Assembly: GCA_964106915.2 (NCBI GenBank)
Contig: OZ066926.1
Direction: 5' to 3' (one strand)
Origin: Podarcis gaigeae
Lineage: Eukaryota
DNA length: 64,000 bases
This document shows positions 1 through 12,500 of the stretch, one piece after another; position 1 is the stretch's first letter; each line of letters opens with the position of its first letter. The translations under genes and the position numbers were made by a program. Under the pieces are notes generated by a model, which worked only from the letters and a program-made list of their open reading frames with translations, searched no databases and had not been told where the DNA came from.

Positions 1-604
1 CAAGAGCCTGCACAGCTAAGATGCACCCTCCCACCACCCTGAGACATAGTGGTCTGCCTGGAAAAATCAGAAGACCTTCTCCCATGCAGACAAGCAAACG
101 GAATGGAAGATGCCTTGTTCAGTTCTCTTTGAAACAAGGGCAGCAGTGATGCAGCCCATTCAGATATTTCCCATGGGGAAGCCAGGAGATTGTAACAGAC
201 CCTCAAATCTGACCTGAAGTCTTTACTATCCACCTTGAAAGGGACCCCTGTCCCCCACAAACTATTGAGAACTTAAGACACAGCCTCAGCTTATTACAAC
301 CACCTTTTGAAGGGGGCTGCCCACAGATTTTTCCAAGTGCCAGAACAAAGACACTACAGGAAGTGTTCCCAAGTGTCAAACTGAGCTTCCCTAGTCTTAA
401 GAAAAACAGTTACTGGGGCAACACAGTTTCCAAGCAGTCTGCTTTGGCTAGTTTGAGTAAATGTCAGCTGCAAGAGAGGGTAAATGGATACAGGCCTGGC
501 CTGATCTGGTAATATATGTAAGGAGAGTCATAAAAGGTCCACCCCTTCTTGTAACATCTCCCAAATGAAAGTATGTTGTACAAAGAAAGAACGGGAGGTC
601 TTAC

Positions 605-712
605 CTCCTCCCCCTCCTCTGAATGGGTTGAGAGCTGGTCGTGCTGTATTATCTCTGCATCTTCTTCAGTTGGGCCATTGCCCACACGGATCCCACCAAA
701 ATTGAGTGTCCC
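605..712 (-). CDS. ATP6V0A1: ATP6V0A1 exon 18 (108 nt)
   Basis: [36 protein letters not shown]; tttag / gtaaga. Confidence 0.96.
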
Positions 713-813
713 CTAAAGCAGACAACAGAGGAGAAAACAAGAGGAGACACACAATCGGTTCATGTTTTAGTATGGAATTGGCATGCAGGGCCATTAGCAG
801 AACTGGCCCTACC

Positions 814-864
<51 letters not shown>

Positions 865-3800
865 GCCTTATGGGTACCAGTACAACAAATTATGGGTTTC
901 CAGCACTTTTGAGCATCAAGAACTGAGCAATTTGTTAAAGTGTTTTGGCTACTAGAGCATGCTTTGGTCTGTTTTCCAGGGCTCCTCCTTCTTCGGAACA
1001 GCCTAAGCTTGTACTGCTACGAATCCAAAGGCAGCAAAAGCTGGCGCAACAACATTAGTCTAAAGTAGAGAGCTTACCAGACACTGGACCTCTCAAAATG
1101 GGAAACTAGGGGTTAGGGACTGGAGGGGTGGGGAGAGAGAAGTGAGAGAAGGAGAACCAGGAATCAAGAATCTCAAATGCTTTTTTTTTAAAAAAAAGGC
1201 TGTATGTTTGCAACATCAGCAAGAACTCTCACAATATTCCCTAGAGAAAGATGCAATCAGTGGCCTATGAAATAAATAATCTGTTAGCAAGTGAAGAAAT
1301 GGACGCAAAGCCTCCTGAACTCTGCTGCTGGCTATGGCTGACACTGTCTGGCTCTTCGACAACACAAGCAGGGAAGACCAGACCTGTCCTTACATGGGGA
1401 GGCCTGGCCAGGCCAAGACACTCCTTTTTGGGGCATACATTCAGCCATTTGATACTCTCCAATGTCTGCAGCTTTCATCAGATGCTAGGAAGGAATACAT
1501 TAATAACTAGATTAAAGGCAACTTACTTTGATAAGTCCATAATGGATTCTTTGTAATGTCGATTAATCAGTATTTTTTTTAAAAAAAAGAACATAGATCT
1601 GTCTGTGTGTACACCATTTGCTTTCAGAAATAGATTTGATATATTCTATAAAAAATTGGCAAAAAGGAAACCCATATTGTTTCTAAGTCTAGGACCTAGG
1701 ACCCTCGTACCTACGGGACCGCCTCTCCCGGTATGCCCCACGGAGAACCTCAAGGTCCATAAATAGCAACACCCTAGTGGTCCCGGGACCTAAGGAAGTT
1801 AGATTAGCTTCAACCAGAGCCCAGGGCCTTTTCAACACTGGCTCCGGCCTGGTGGAATGCTCTGCCTCATGAGACCAGGGCCCTGCAGGATCTGATATCT
1901 TTCCGCAGAGCCTGTAAGACAGAGTTGTTCCACCTGGCCTTTGGCTTGAAGCCAATTTGATTCCCTCCCTCTCTTTCTTTTTTCCTTTCCATCTCCTCCT
2001 GCGATGAGGCTACATTTTAATATTTTAATGTTTCAATATTTAAATGTTGTATTTTAATTTTGTTTTTGTTTTTGTTTTGTTTTTAAGTTGTAATTATTCA
2101 ACTTGTTTTTATTATTGCTTGTAAGCCGCACTGAGCCCGGCCTTGGCTGGGGAGGACAGGGTATAAATAAAAATTATTATTATTATTATTATTAGTCTAA
2201 CGGGACATACTGTGGAATCTGCAGGCTGCACTAGAAACCCTCGCCCTAGCGATATTCCCATCCCATTGGCTTCCGATTTCACAGATAGTTACTTGAAAGT
2301 CAAATGGGACGCCCACACTCAGAGGCAGTATACCTCTGAATACCAGATGTTGAGAAGGTTATCAGCTTCGGGTTCAAGCATGCCAGCTCCAAGAGGCATC
2401 TGGAAAGAATGCTGGGCTAATGGGCTTTCTGGTCCTATGTTCTTCAACCCACCTTTGTAGCCTTGAGGGTTAAAACCATTTCCCACATGAAAGCAAGAAA
2501 TTCTGAAGTTACCAGATTTTTCGTGAGCAGCAAATTCCATGTTCTCGCAGCAAGACTGTAGAACACACAACTTTTTTTGCCGGGTTAACTGCTAAATACC
2601 ACACCCCAATTTCACAGCACTAATCACGTGCTTTGTTCCAAAAACCTGGCATGCCATTCAACCGACTGCAGAAGACTTTCTGGAGTGCAACAGCATACCG
2701 AAATGCAAACAGCTGTTTTGCTCTCCAGTAATCGTCGGTAGGTAGGCTACAACTGTCACAACGGCACAGAGAGTTGTGGGCGCAATTAAGAACAGCACTG
2801 AAGTGGGCAGCCGGCAACTCAGTGCACTGCCACAAGGATTCCCAAAGCGACCATTAGCTAGCAGGCAGCAAGAAACTGGTGAAGGCCAGAGACATGAACT
2901 CAGAAGGGATGGCACTGCTGAGAAACACCACCAATTATGGCACTCTGAAAACATGGGATGCAAATTAAAAACGTACTCGAGAGACAAAAATCCTGGGGAA
3001 GACTGTGAAGAAAGGGAGGGGAGGAAAGCCACAGAAGTGGCAGCTATGCAAAAGCCAAGGGCCTTGGCATCTGGAAAGAGGGGGCTTCCCCCCACATACA
3101 CACACTAGGGCGAAGAATCTCTTTGTGCTGCAACCGTGGTTTTCAAACTGTGTGCCCCAGGAACTCTGAGGTTCCTTAGACACTTAGCAGGAGTTCCACA
3201 ATTAACATTTATAATGACAAGGAAGCTGCCCATAAGGCAGCGTTGTCCATCCTTGCCAATTTCCCCTGCAGTGTGCATCCTCAGAGGAGAGTTGGGTGCA
3301 TCCCAAGACATGCGCACATACAACTCAGTTTGTGAAGAAAGGCGGCTGGCCCCAACAAACCCGGACAGCACTCCAAGGAAATGAGGGCAGCACACCCTTG
3401 AGCACTGCCTAGAGTCCTCTGCCAAGCACAACTGCAGGAGACCCTTGGGCATACACACCAAAGTTTGAAATCCAACCACATTATATGGTTGCATTGTGTC
3501 CCCTGAGCACGTGAGTGTAGGGTTTGGAAAGAATGAGATTTCTTGGAACGTATCTTTCCGAGGAAAGGGCCGCTGTGCCGTTCCTCCTCCTCGGGGCAGA
3601 TACTTTCCAAGGCCCCTGGGCACCTCCCGTTCTCGCCATGTGCATCCTTTTGGCATCTTTTAATCCACTCACTGTTGCAGCCGCCGCTGCCTCTACTGCC
3701 TGCGGACTCTGGGCTGGGCTGACAGGGGGTTCCACGGGCTGCCCTTCCTGATAGCGAATGGAAGGAAAGAAAAGGGGAAAAGGAGGAGAAAAACAAAGAG

Positions 3801-6800
3801 AAAAGAAGGGAGACGAATGGAGGGGTCATGGGGAGATGAGATGGTCAGAGAAGGAAGAGGGAGCGTCTTTAACCGAGCTGCAATTTGAAGGGCTGTTGCA
3901 TCTTTAACAGCTTGCCACAAGAACACCACAGCCGCCACGTCTCTGGAGAATCACAGCAGCAGGTTGGTGTCCTTAAAAGCTTAATGTCACCAGCTGCATG
4001 ACGGGTTTTAGGACTAAACCATTCTGAATGTCTCTGCTGATGGAAGGCTATTTTCCTCCAGCAGAACCACACCAGTTCCTCACTCCCAAGTGGCTGCATG
4101 AGCTCATGCTCCCTTGAGCAGCAACGTCTCACTCTACATGGGCAAATCTCTTCTGAAACCAAATGGGAGATTCAAAAGCCTCTTTTGTGAAATAGGGGCC
4201 GGCTGGTCAAAAGAAAGGTTTTTTTTAAAAATCCCAGTGGGTTGGGGCACACTTAAAGCAGCTCTGTGGATCCCAGCCATGGGTGGCAAATGCATGCATA
4301 TGAACCAGGATTTCGGATGGATCCAGAAAGCGACCAGTGGTCATGAGAGATGCTGCCTGTTTGCTAAATTACAGCTGTGCCTCTGCCTGCAAGCAGGATT
4401 TAAACTGCAATCCTAAACCTGAAAGTAAGTCGCAATGATTCCAGTACGTTTTCATTCTAAGAAAGTATGCTTAGGACTGAAGTGCTAACAGAGCTCCATC
4501 TGGATGCAGATCTCCGTCGCAGAAATCCAGACTAAGCCTCTAGTATCTGAACAAATAAGACCTACAAAGGAAAGAGGGAAAAACAGATTCACCCACCAAG
4601 TGCTTTCTTCGCAAGTACTGCTGGCGAAGGACCAGAGGTTTGGCAACCAGCATCCACGGCACACACAGCAATGCTACCACAACCAGGAAGCACTGGAGCC
4701 CTTTCTGTGGGGAACAGAGATGAACGAGTGAGATTATCACCAACAGGCAAGCACATCCAGTTCCCTAAGCCCTCCTGCCTGCGTTTGAGTGAACAACCCT
4801 TTCAGATTCTTTCAGGAAAACTTGCCCACACTTCCCTGTTGCCATAGGGTCTAGAAACTTGCTCTTAAATCAAAACTCATATTCTAAATAATTGCATGAA
4901 TGCTAGCAGGTACAGATGTGTGTGCTCCTGCACAAACCTCACAACAAATGGGAGCTTCTGCATGTTTTCATGTGGTTTGCAAAGGAGTAGTTCTTGCTGA
5001 AATGCCAAGGTTGCAGGTTCGATCCCCATATGGGACAGCTGCATATTTCTGCACTGAAGGGGGTTGAACTAGATGATCCTCAGGATCCTTTCCAATTCTA
5101 GGATTCTTGCCCCTCCCAGCTCAGCAGTAGATTCCCCCCCCCCCACTTAAAGCCAGAACAAGGAAGGCGCTGCTTTCTGCAAAACAGCTCTTGCCCTCAC
5201 CAAACCACCTACCTGTCCCCTATAAAGCATCTTTTCTTTGGGATCATAGGAGAAGAGAAACATGTTGATGAAGTGGATGAGAAGACTTGGTGCATCCATG
5301 GAGTTCTTAGCATCGTAGGCTGTCCACTTATAGAAAATGAGGATGACCAGATAGCCAAACAGCGATGTCATGAAGACTATTTCAGGGATAAAGCCGAGGT
5401 AGATGTTCAGAGGTTTCTTAAAGTAGCTAGAAGATAAGCAAAAAAGGAATTTAAGACCCTGCCTTCAATCAACGGATACAAGAGATATGTCTCCAACCCT
5501 GGAGAGCTGCTGCCAGTCAGTGCAGACCGTACTGTGCTAGGTACACCAAAGGTCTGGGCTCAGTATAAGGCAGCTTTCTATGGTCCTGCATCTTCTCAGC
5601 CTGTCTACTGACTACTAAACTAAAATGAGCACACTCACATGTGATTGAGCAGACTGAGAGAGACGCCAAAGAGCATGTGGATGATGCCCAGAATGACAGA
5701 CATCTTCATCTTGAAGGAGTTGAGGAAGGTCAGCTTGTTGGTGGCGATATTCCAGATCTAGTGCAAAGTGCAAAGACCCAAGTGTGTTCAGAACCAAGGA
5801 AGAGGACAAACAGTGAAACAGCTAAGTACACCCAGACCCATAATATCCTCAGTAACACCCAAAATAATCTGCTCTCCGTAGGAACATTCCTTTTACTTTA
5901 TAAAGCATCCTCGAGACCAAGCATGGCGTGGTGTGTCTTTTAATTTTAAAAATGTTAACCGTGTGGTCATGGCTACAGGAACAACTTTAAGACAGTTTCT
6001 GTGAAAGGCTTTGAGTGTAAAGGATACTCCAAGGATCTGGGTGGATCTCCCTCCCCTGTGTTCTCCACATAATTGAAGGCCTGCCTGTCCCCACTGTAAA
6101 CTTTGGTCTCAACCTTACTGCCCACTAATATACCCTGATGTCAGACTACACAATTTGCACTTTAGGGGTGAGTAACTTCAAGGGCACTTCCGTTCTACAG
6201 CAATGCCACATTTGACTCTTAGCAAATCTGCCTTTCATGCAGAAGGTCCCAGGCTCTCAACCTGCAGCTTCTCTAGGTAGGGCTAGGAGAAATTCCTGCC
6301 TGAAACCCTGGAGAGCTGCTGCCAGTCAGTGTAGGCAGTACTAAGATAGACCGACCAATGGTCTGACTCTGCATGAGGCAGCTTCCTATGTACTTAATTT
6401 GTGAGACAGAGATGTTCTATAGAAAGAGGTACTAGAGTAATTCAGGACTGTAGTCCTTCAGTCTTTTAAAAAAATACTCTCCTACATAAAGAGCTCCCTT
6501 CATAAAGCAACATCAGAAGGGGAACAGTTCAGCACAGCCTCCTCCCTGGTTTACTAAGCTTACTATATGCAGGGAGTTCTTTACATGGTGGTTTCCCAAA
6601 GAGAGACTTAAGAGGAAGTGGCACAGTTCAGAACTCTACCACCCTGATCTACACTTGCTGTTCAAGAAACAAACAGCTCCTCTCGTGAACAGTAGCTGCA
6701 AGGAGGTGCTCTTACCGGATCTATGCCAAAGGGGTATGCCCCGCCGAAGACACCCTCAATGGCAGGATTTAGCTGAAGGCTAGGATATTCCTTGAGAAGA

Positions 6801-9488
6801 TCTTCTCTGTGGGCAAGAGAGCAGAAAGCTATAAACAAAGAATGACTGGAGGAGTACAACACAGGCACTATAGTGGAGTGCATCTTTGGCACAGCTGGGG
6901 GGCAGGGGAGGGGGGGCGGGAAACAGCTCTGGTTCTTTAGTTCCACACAGAGAATGCACTAGTCACACAGGAGGTGCTGCTGCATCCCTGCCATGTCCTC
7001 CTCTTCCCACCCACCCCTCCCGCATTAGCACACTGCTCACAGCGAGCATTTCACAGGCCTTCCTTGTGCCTTTGTGAGCATCTCATCAACTTACGTCCAG
7101 TTGGATTTCAGGAACATTGGCCGGACGCTCCAGGATGAGCCAAACATATTGAGAGACTTTGAGAAGCAGTCGTTATAGATCAGGCCAGTATAAATGGAGA
7201 AAGAACCCATCAGGAGAATGATGTAGCGGCCGCAGAAAATGGTGCTGAACATCTGGCCAGTAAACAAGAGGAGGAGAATTTGGGGGCGGAGGCAGGTGGG
7301 GGAGAGAGAGATAAAAAATACAAGTTGCATAATCAAGACATTGTTGTCTCCCCACCACTGTCACCCCTCAGAGAAGGACACTGTGACCAAAGACAAGGGA
7401 AATCTCTGTCCACCTTATTCCAGGGCTTGAGAGGCCACAGGTCTGATCCAGACGGACAGAGACTTACTGAAAACGCCTGCCTGCTCTGCCCAGGGAAAGG
7501 AGACAAAAAAACACCAGAAAGTGCAAAGCTTCCTTCTTCAAATTTGAATGCCAAACAAGTTCCCAGTAGTTGTGACTAAATTAAGTGAAGCTTATTTGCA
7601 CCCCTGCCATTCTCCAGACCAAATTCTTGTACCTCTCAAAGCTTACTAGCCTTATGGCAGCAGGCGAAGCTTTTCTCTGGACGCTTATTAAAAGCTGCAA
7701 AAGTCGCAACTCTGCCAGGAAAGGACCTCACTAATTCTTGCTATTCTCTAGATTACAATGAATTCTTCATATTGAAGATTGCATCAAATACTTCACAAGG
7801 AGCTGGAGACTGATCTTTCACTTTCATTCCCAACCCCACAACCTGCCCCCATTTTTTTTTGGGGGGGGGGTTGCCGTCAATACCTCGTTGTCGCTCTTCT
7901 GTGACAGGATACGGCTCTCCCGGATCACCATCCACACACCAAACAGCGTCATGAGAATTCCGTGGCCGACATCCCCAAACATCACAGCAAACAGGAACGG
8001 GAAGGTGATGATAGTGTATGGAGCTGGGGGGGATGCAAGTGAAGGTAAGTGCATGATGGACAACGCAGCCCATCTCTTGGGAGAGGCAGGCGTCCCAGGA
8101 CCAGTTCTGGACCGCTAGCCCTATGGACTCCTTATATGAGCTGGCTTAGTGCATTCTGAAAATCCATTGTCTCACTGGCAATTTGTTTAGGCGGTAAATG
8201 CAATGAATACTTGAAATCTGGGCAAATATCAGCCATATCTTTAGATATATCAAAGTGGATAATATTATACTGTGTAGTAGACTGCTATATGCACCTAACT
8301 AAATAGCCTTAGTACAGTTGTTCTGCTCAGGCTACTACTATGTCTTCTTTTCATACCACTCAGGGCTGTAGGATGCTACTTGGCCACTCTGCTGAACTCT
8401 GCGCAACTGACTCGGAAGACTAGACGTTCTCTCTTTCACAAGCCTATGCTGCCCTGAAGAAAAAAGCCACCACTCACCCAGCTTTACAATATTTCACAGA
8501 AGTCCTTGTGTAAGGAAATGAGCTTCACACTCATTTAAATTGGATTAAAAAGTAAGCCAACATATCAGCTCACTCATTTCCCCTTCTCGGTGCTCAGATC
8601 CCTCTCTAACAGAGCCTTCTTTCTCTCTGACCAAAACCCCCCCCAACCGTTGTCCTTCTGCTCTACGGATGTTGCTTAGTTTTCATGAAGGAGATGCTGC
8701 GTTAAGTTAGCAAAGGAGCAATTCTGCTTCTGAGGTAAGGGAAATTAACTAGCTTGGGATAAGACAATGTATTTCAAACCTAATTATTTTTCAAATGCTA
8801 ATGTATCCTGTATGAACTAGCACAACTGCCTATTTCCCCAAGAAAGGATTTACTAAATTCATGGAGATGTCATTTAACAATGAATGTTAGACATGGCAAG
8901 TGAGAGCTACAACAAAATACTGCAGTGTGAAGTGTTCCTATTCAGGGTTCCAGCCATCCTCATCCTTTTCCAATTCTCAGTTCTACCCTGCCAGCCAGCA
9001 TTATGTACCTATTGTGCATGCTCAGCCCTTAATTAACTGTGGAATGTTTTTTGTGGGGTAGGGGGATCCCCTAAATATTTTTCCTACTTTTACAAATCTT
9101 GACTTTCCCATGAGCCTGCTGATACCTCCCTTTCTATTTTATGTATTAATTTATTAATCACATGCCTCAAGAAGATTGACAAGCATACCTTAAAATGCCG
9201 TAAAGTTTTGTGTCTTTTTTATTATTCATTATACTTCCCATTCTCCCTCTGAAGGAAGCTGAGAAGCAGTTTACATGGAGTTCGAGGCGGCCTCCCCTCC
9301 AGACGCATGCCTCCATGGCTTCCTTAGTCCTATATGGATTTGGTTCACTATGTTCATAAATCTGTTTGGTTTCTGAGGGTGGTGGTGGTGGTGAAGAGAT
9401 CTATGCTGCAGTCATATTTGCTAAGAGTCAACCCTCCCCCACCCCAAGCAACATCAGTTCCTCTCCACATAGGGTTATGCAGATGCAC

Positions 9489-9539
<51 letters not shown>

Positions 9540-12500
9540 TTTATTTATATCCCGCCCTCCCCAGCCGAAGCCGGAGAGAACAAACAGATCAAGCTTCTTC
9601 AACAATTTATCAGGTGCTAGAAGGAAAGGCTGCTTTTAGTAGGCCAGACGCCATTACCTGGATTGATCTCACGATAGGTTCCAATGCCATAGGCATCTAC
9701 GATGTTCTGAAACCCAGCGGTGAACTTGTTTGTCTTGTTATATGTGGGTGGCGTCTGGTTGGTCTGCATCCTATTCAGGATGGAGGGGACAGTGGATCCG
9801 CTGTGTTCCTGTTACACACAAACACACTGGAGGTTAGCTTGTTGTGGAGCAGAAACCAAGATCAACTTATCAACACTATTCCTAATCGTTTAGAAAGCTC
9901 TTGTAGGTTGCCACTCTGCAGGCTCCCTGCACAGCTGCATTTTGTTTCCGACGGATGCAAATTACATGATCAGGCATGTTTCCGAAGGCAAGAGAGATCG
10001 CATTGGATTAGCTCCTGAGCCTCTAACAGCAAATCAATTAATGTATTCCGGTCCCTCTCCCAAGTGCCTTAAGGCAGGAAGGTGTGCATGTATTAAAATG
10101 TCTTGTGCATTATGTGAAAACAAACAGCGCGTCAGACGAGCTTTTAAAACCCAGTGGAAAAGATCTACTCATCACCATCCAAACGAGCCCAGAACTAGAA
10201 GAATTCAGTTGTCCTAAAGCTACAGAGTCAGAAAGGGGATTCCAAGCTGTGGGTGTATTTTTGTTATAGGCTAAAAATTCTAGGCAAGTCTCTTCCCTTC
10301 AGAAAGAAGTGAGGAATCTGGGCCAAAGGCCGAGTTTGTTTTCAAAGTCAGACAGATTTCAAATGAGTGCACTGTGCTCTTCTCCCATTTAGAGGGTGGA
10401 GACAAAAAGGGGAAGAAATAGATTGCCACTGAAATATCCACACAAATATCAGGGTTGGAGAAGAAGCACGTTTGTCAAGGCCAGAGCAGTACTTTGTGTC
10501 CACACACGAAACTAGCCACGGCTATTCTGCAGTCCTGTTTTGACTCAGGACACCTGTATCCAAAAACCAAGAGTCTATTGGGAAAAGCAGCAGATTTTGC
10601 TTCCAAGACCAATGGGATTCCCCCCCATGTTTTGCCTATAAAGATGCTTTCACTGGAAGTGTGCACCAGCAGTGTTTTCAGGGCATAGCAGTAGAGCCAG
10701 AGTGGTATGAGTTGTACTTACCGTGCCCCGCCTGAGAGCGAACTGGATGGAGTCAAGATCAGCAACGGGACACCAGACTTCGGCAATGAGACATTTCTGG
10801 GTCACATCTATGTTGCAGAGGTTCAGGGTGTGGTAGATGGCCTTCATCTTGCGCACCTTTATGAACCAGACACGGACGTTCTTGGCAGCAGCCTGCAGGA
10901 CCCTCTGTCGGTGATCCTCGGTTTGGTTCAGCACCTGAAGGGGAAGAGGGACCGTGTCACATAAGGCCAGGCTCAAGAGATGCTGAACTGCATTCCAACA
11001 CTGTCTAATTCTGAGAATTCTGCTGTTACCGAAGATACAGGAAGCCTGGAACAAAGACTGTGGTTGTGCATACTACGGATTTTGCATCCCGAAAACAGGG
11101 AATTACGTGCTCCAATTAAAATAAATGCAATTACCCATAGTCTTAACATGCAATGTTTATTCTGCTTTCGGTTAACCAAGGAAAGATGAGACTCAAATGG
11201 GGCATTCATCATTCTCTACCCTATCATCTACGGAAATTTTACTTAACCCACTCGAGCTTGAGACTTCACATATTTTCAGATCCTATTTTTGCAGCCATAC
11301 AGGCTACAAACTTTTTATCTTCCCTCCCCCCGCCTCCCCCAGATGTTTTTTGTTGTACAGCAGACAACCATGTCCATGCCTCCATGGTACAATCCCAGAA
11401 ATCCCTTCCAGCCCAAGAACAAGATGTTTAGCTGAAGGCAGAGGGAGGGAATGATAACTACGCAGTGGTGAGGAAGACTGAAAAATGGGGGTGGACAGGA
11501 CCACCCCTGCTCACGAGCTCTGCAATTCCAACCATGTTGTTGCAGTTACATATGCTACATATTCCACAGCATCCCTGCCGAGTATGCCAAAAGAACAAAT
11601 TGCTTGCATTCCCAGTAAGAGAATGTTCACCCCTGCCCCACCTCTGCTGGCATTTGGTAGAAAAAAATGCAGTATGGGGGGGGGGGGAGAGACTGAATGG
11701 GGAGTTTCTCAACTTTGGCAGATTTCTTGTGAAAAAGACCAGATTGCTTCAAAACTTTACATCTGAAAAATGACCATATAGTCAGAATAAGTCTATTAAA
11801 AAGACTAAAACAATATAACCACTCTGGAAGCTATAGCAAGGCCAACTTCTGACAGTACCCAAAAACCAACAAATGACCACAATTAGTGCTTTACAGGGGG
11901 CTAAACAGAGCTGCATTTGTTACCTCCACAAGAAGTGCAGCCCATTGCCTCAGGGCAATGGTGAGCCCAACGTACTATGCCAGTACGTACTATGTCAGGA
12001 TCTTCAGTAGGGCCTTTGCTAAAGAAAGATATGTCAAGGCAGAAGAGGGGCTCCGCAAGACTAGGATATCTCAGGTTAAGTTAGCTCCTTGAATTGGGCC
12101 AAGAAGCTAGCCAGTAGAGTTAATGGCTAGAGACTAATGCAGCCCCTGAATGCAAAATACCCAGTAAGCAGATGGCTTGGCATTCTTTGAAGGTTACTTT
12201 CTGAAATCATCCAGAGAAACCAAAAGCAACTCAAGGCTGGCATTGAACGCCCACTAGAAGCTCCAAATCAAGTAATGAGATGTGGTAGCTTACAGTGCCA
12301 AAAACCTCCAAGGTCTAAGAGAATCAGCAAGTAGAAATTTGCCCTGCCAATTCCCAGGAGGAGATAGTCTACAAAGGCTACCAAAGTTGCATACCCAGCC
12401 AGGGAAGCAGATTGAAATAAAGGATGTCTCATTCAGGGAAGCTTAGTCAGGTGTCACAAGGCACACTGGAAAAGTATTGGGACCAGGTTACCTAAAGGAC

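Noticed and set aside
1-604. Search for the 18-nt PT/SEDEV-type insertion that follows exon 18 in mammalian a1 variants
   Set aside because: No matching sequence with splice sites seen in 1-604; if present it lies outside the window.
4995-5040. tRNA-like segments (also 53250-53310 and ~30600-30675) as tRNA genes
   Set aside because: Truncated or CpG-decayed, and fused to SINE bodies or CR1 tails; they are SINE heads, not intact cloverleaves.
9334-9639. ORFs with poly-Ile, poly-Asn, ER or HT/CV runs (also 641-955, 20201-20629, 61975-62289)
   Set aside because: Translations of (AAT)n, (GA)n and (CA)n microsatellites.
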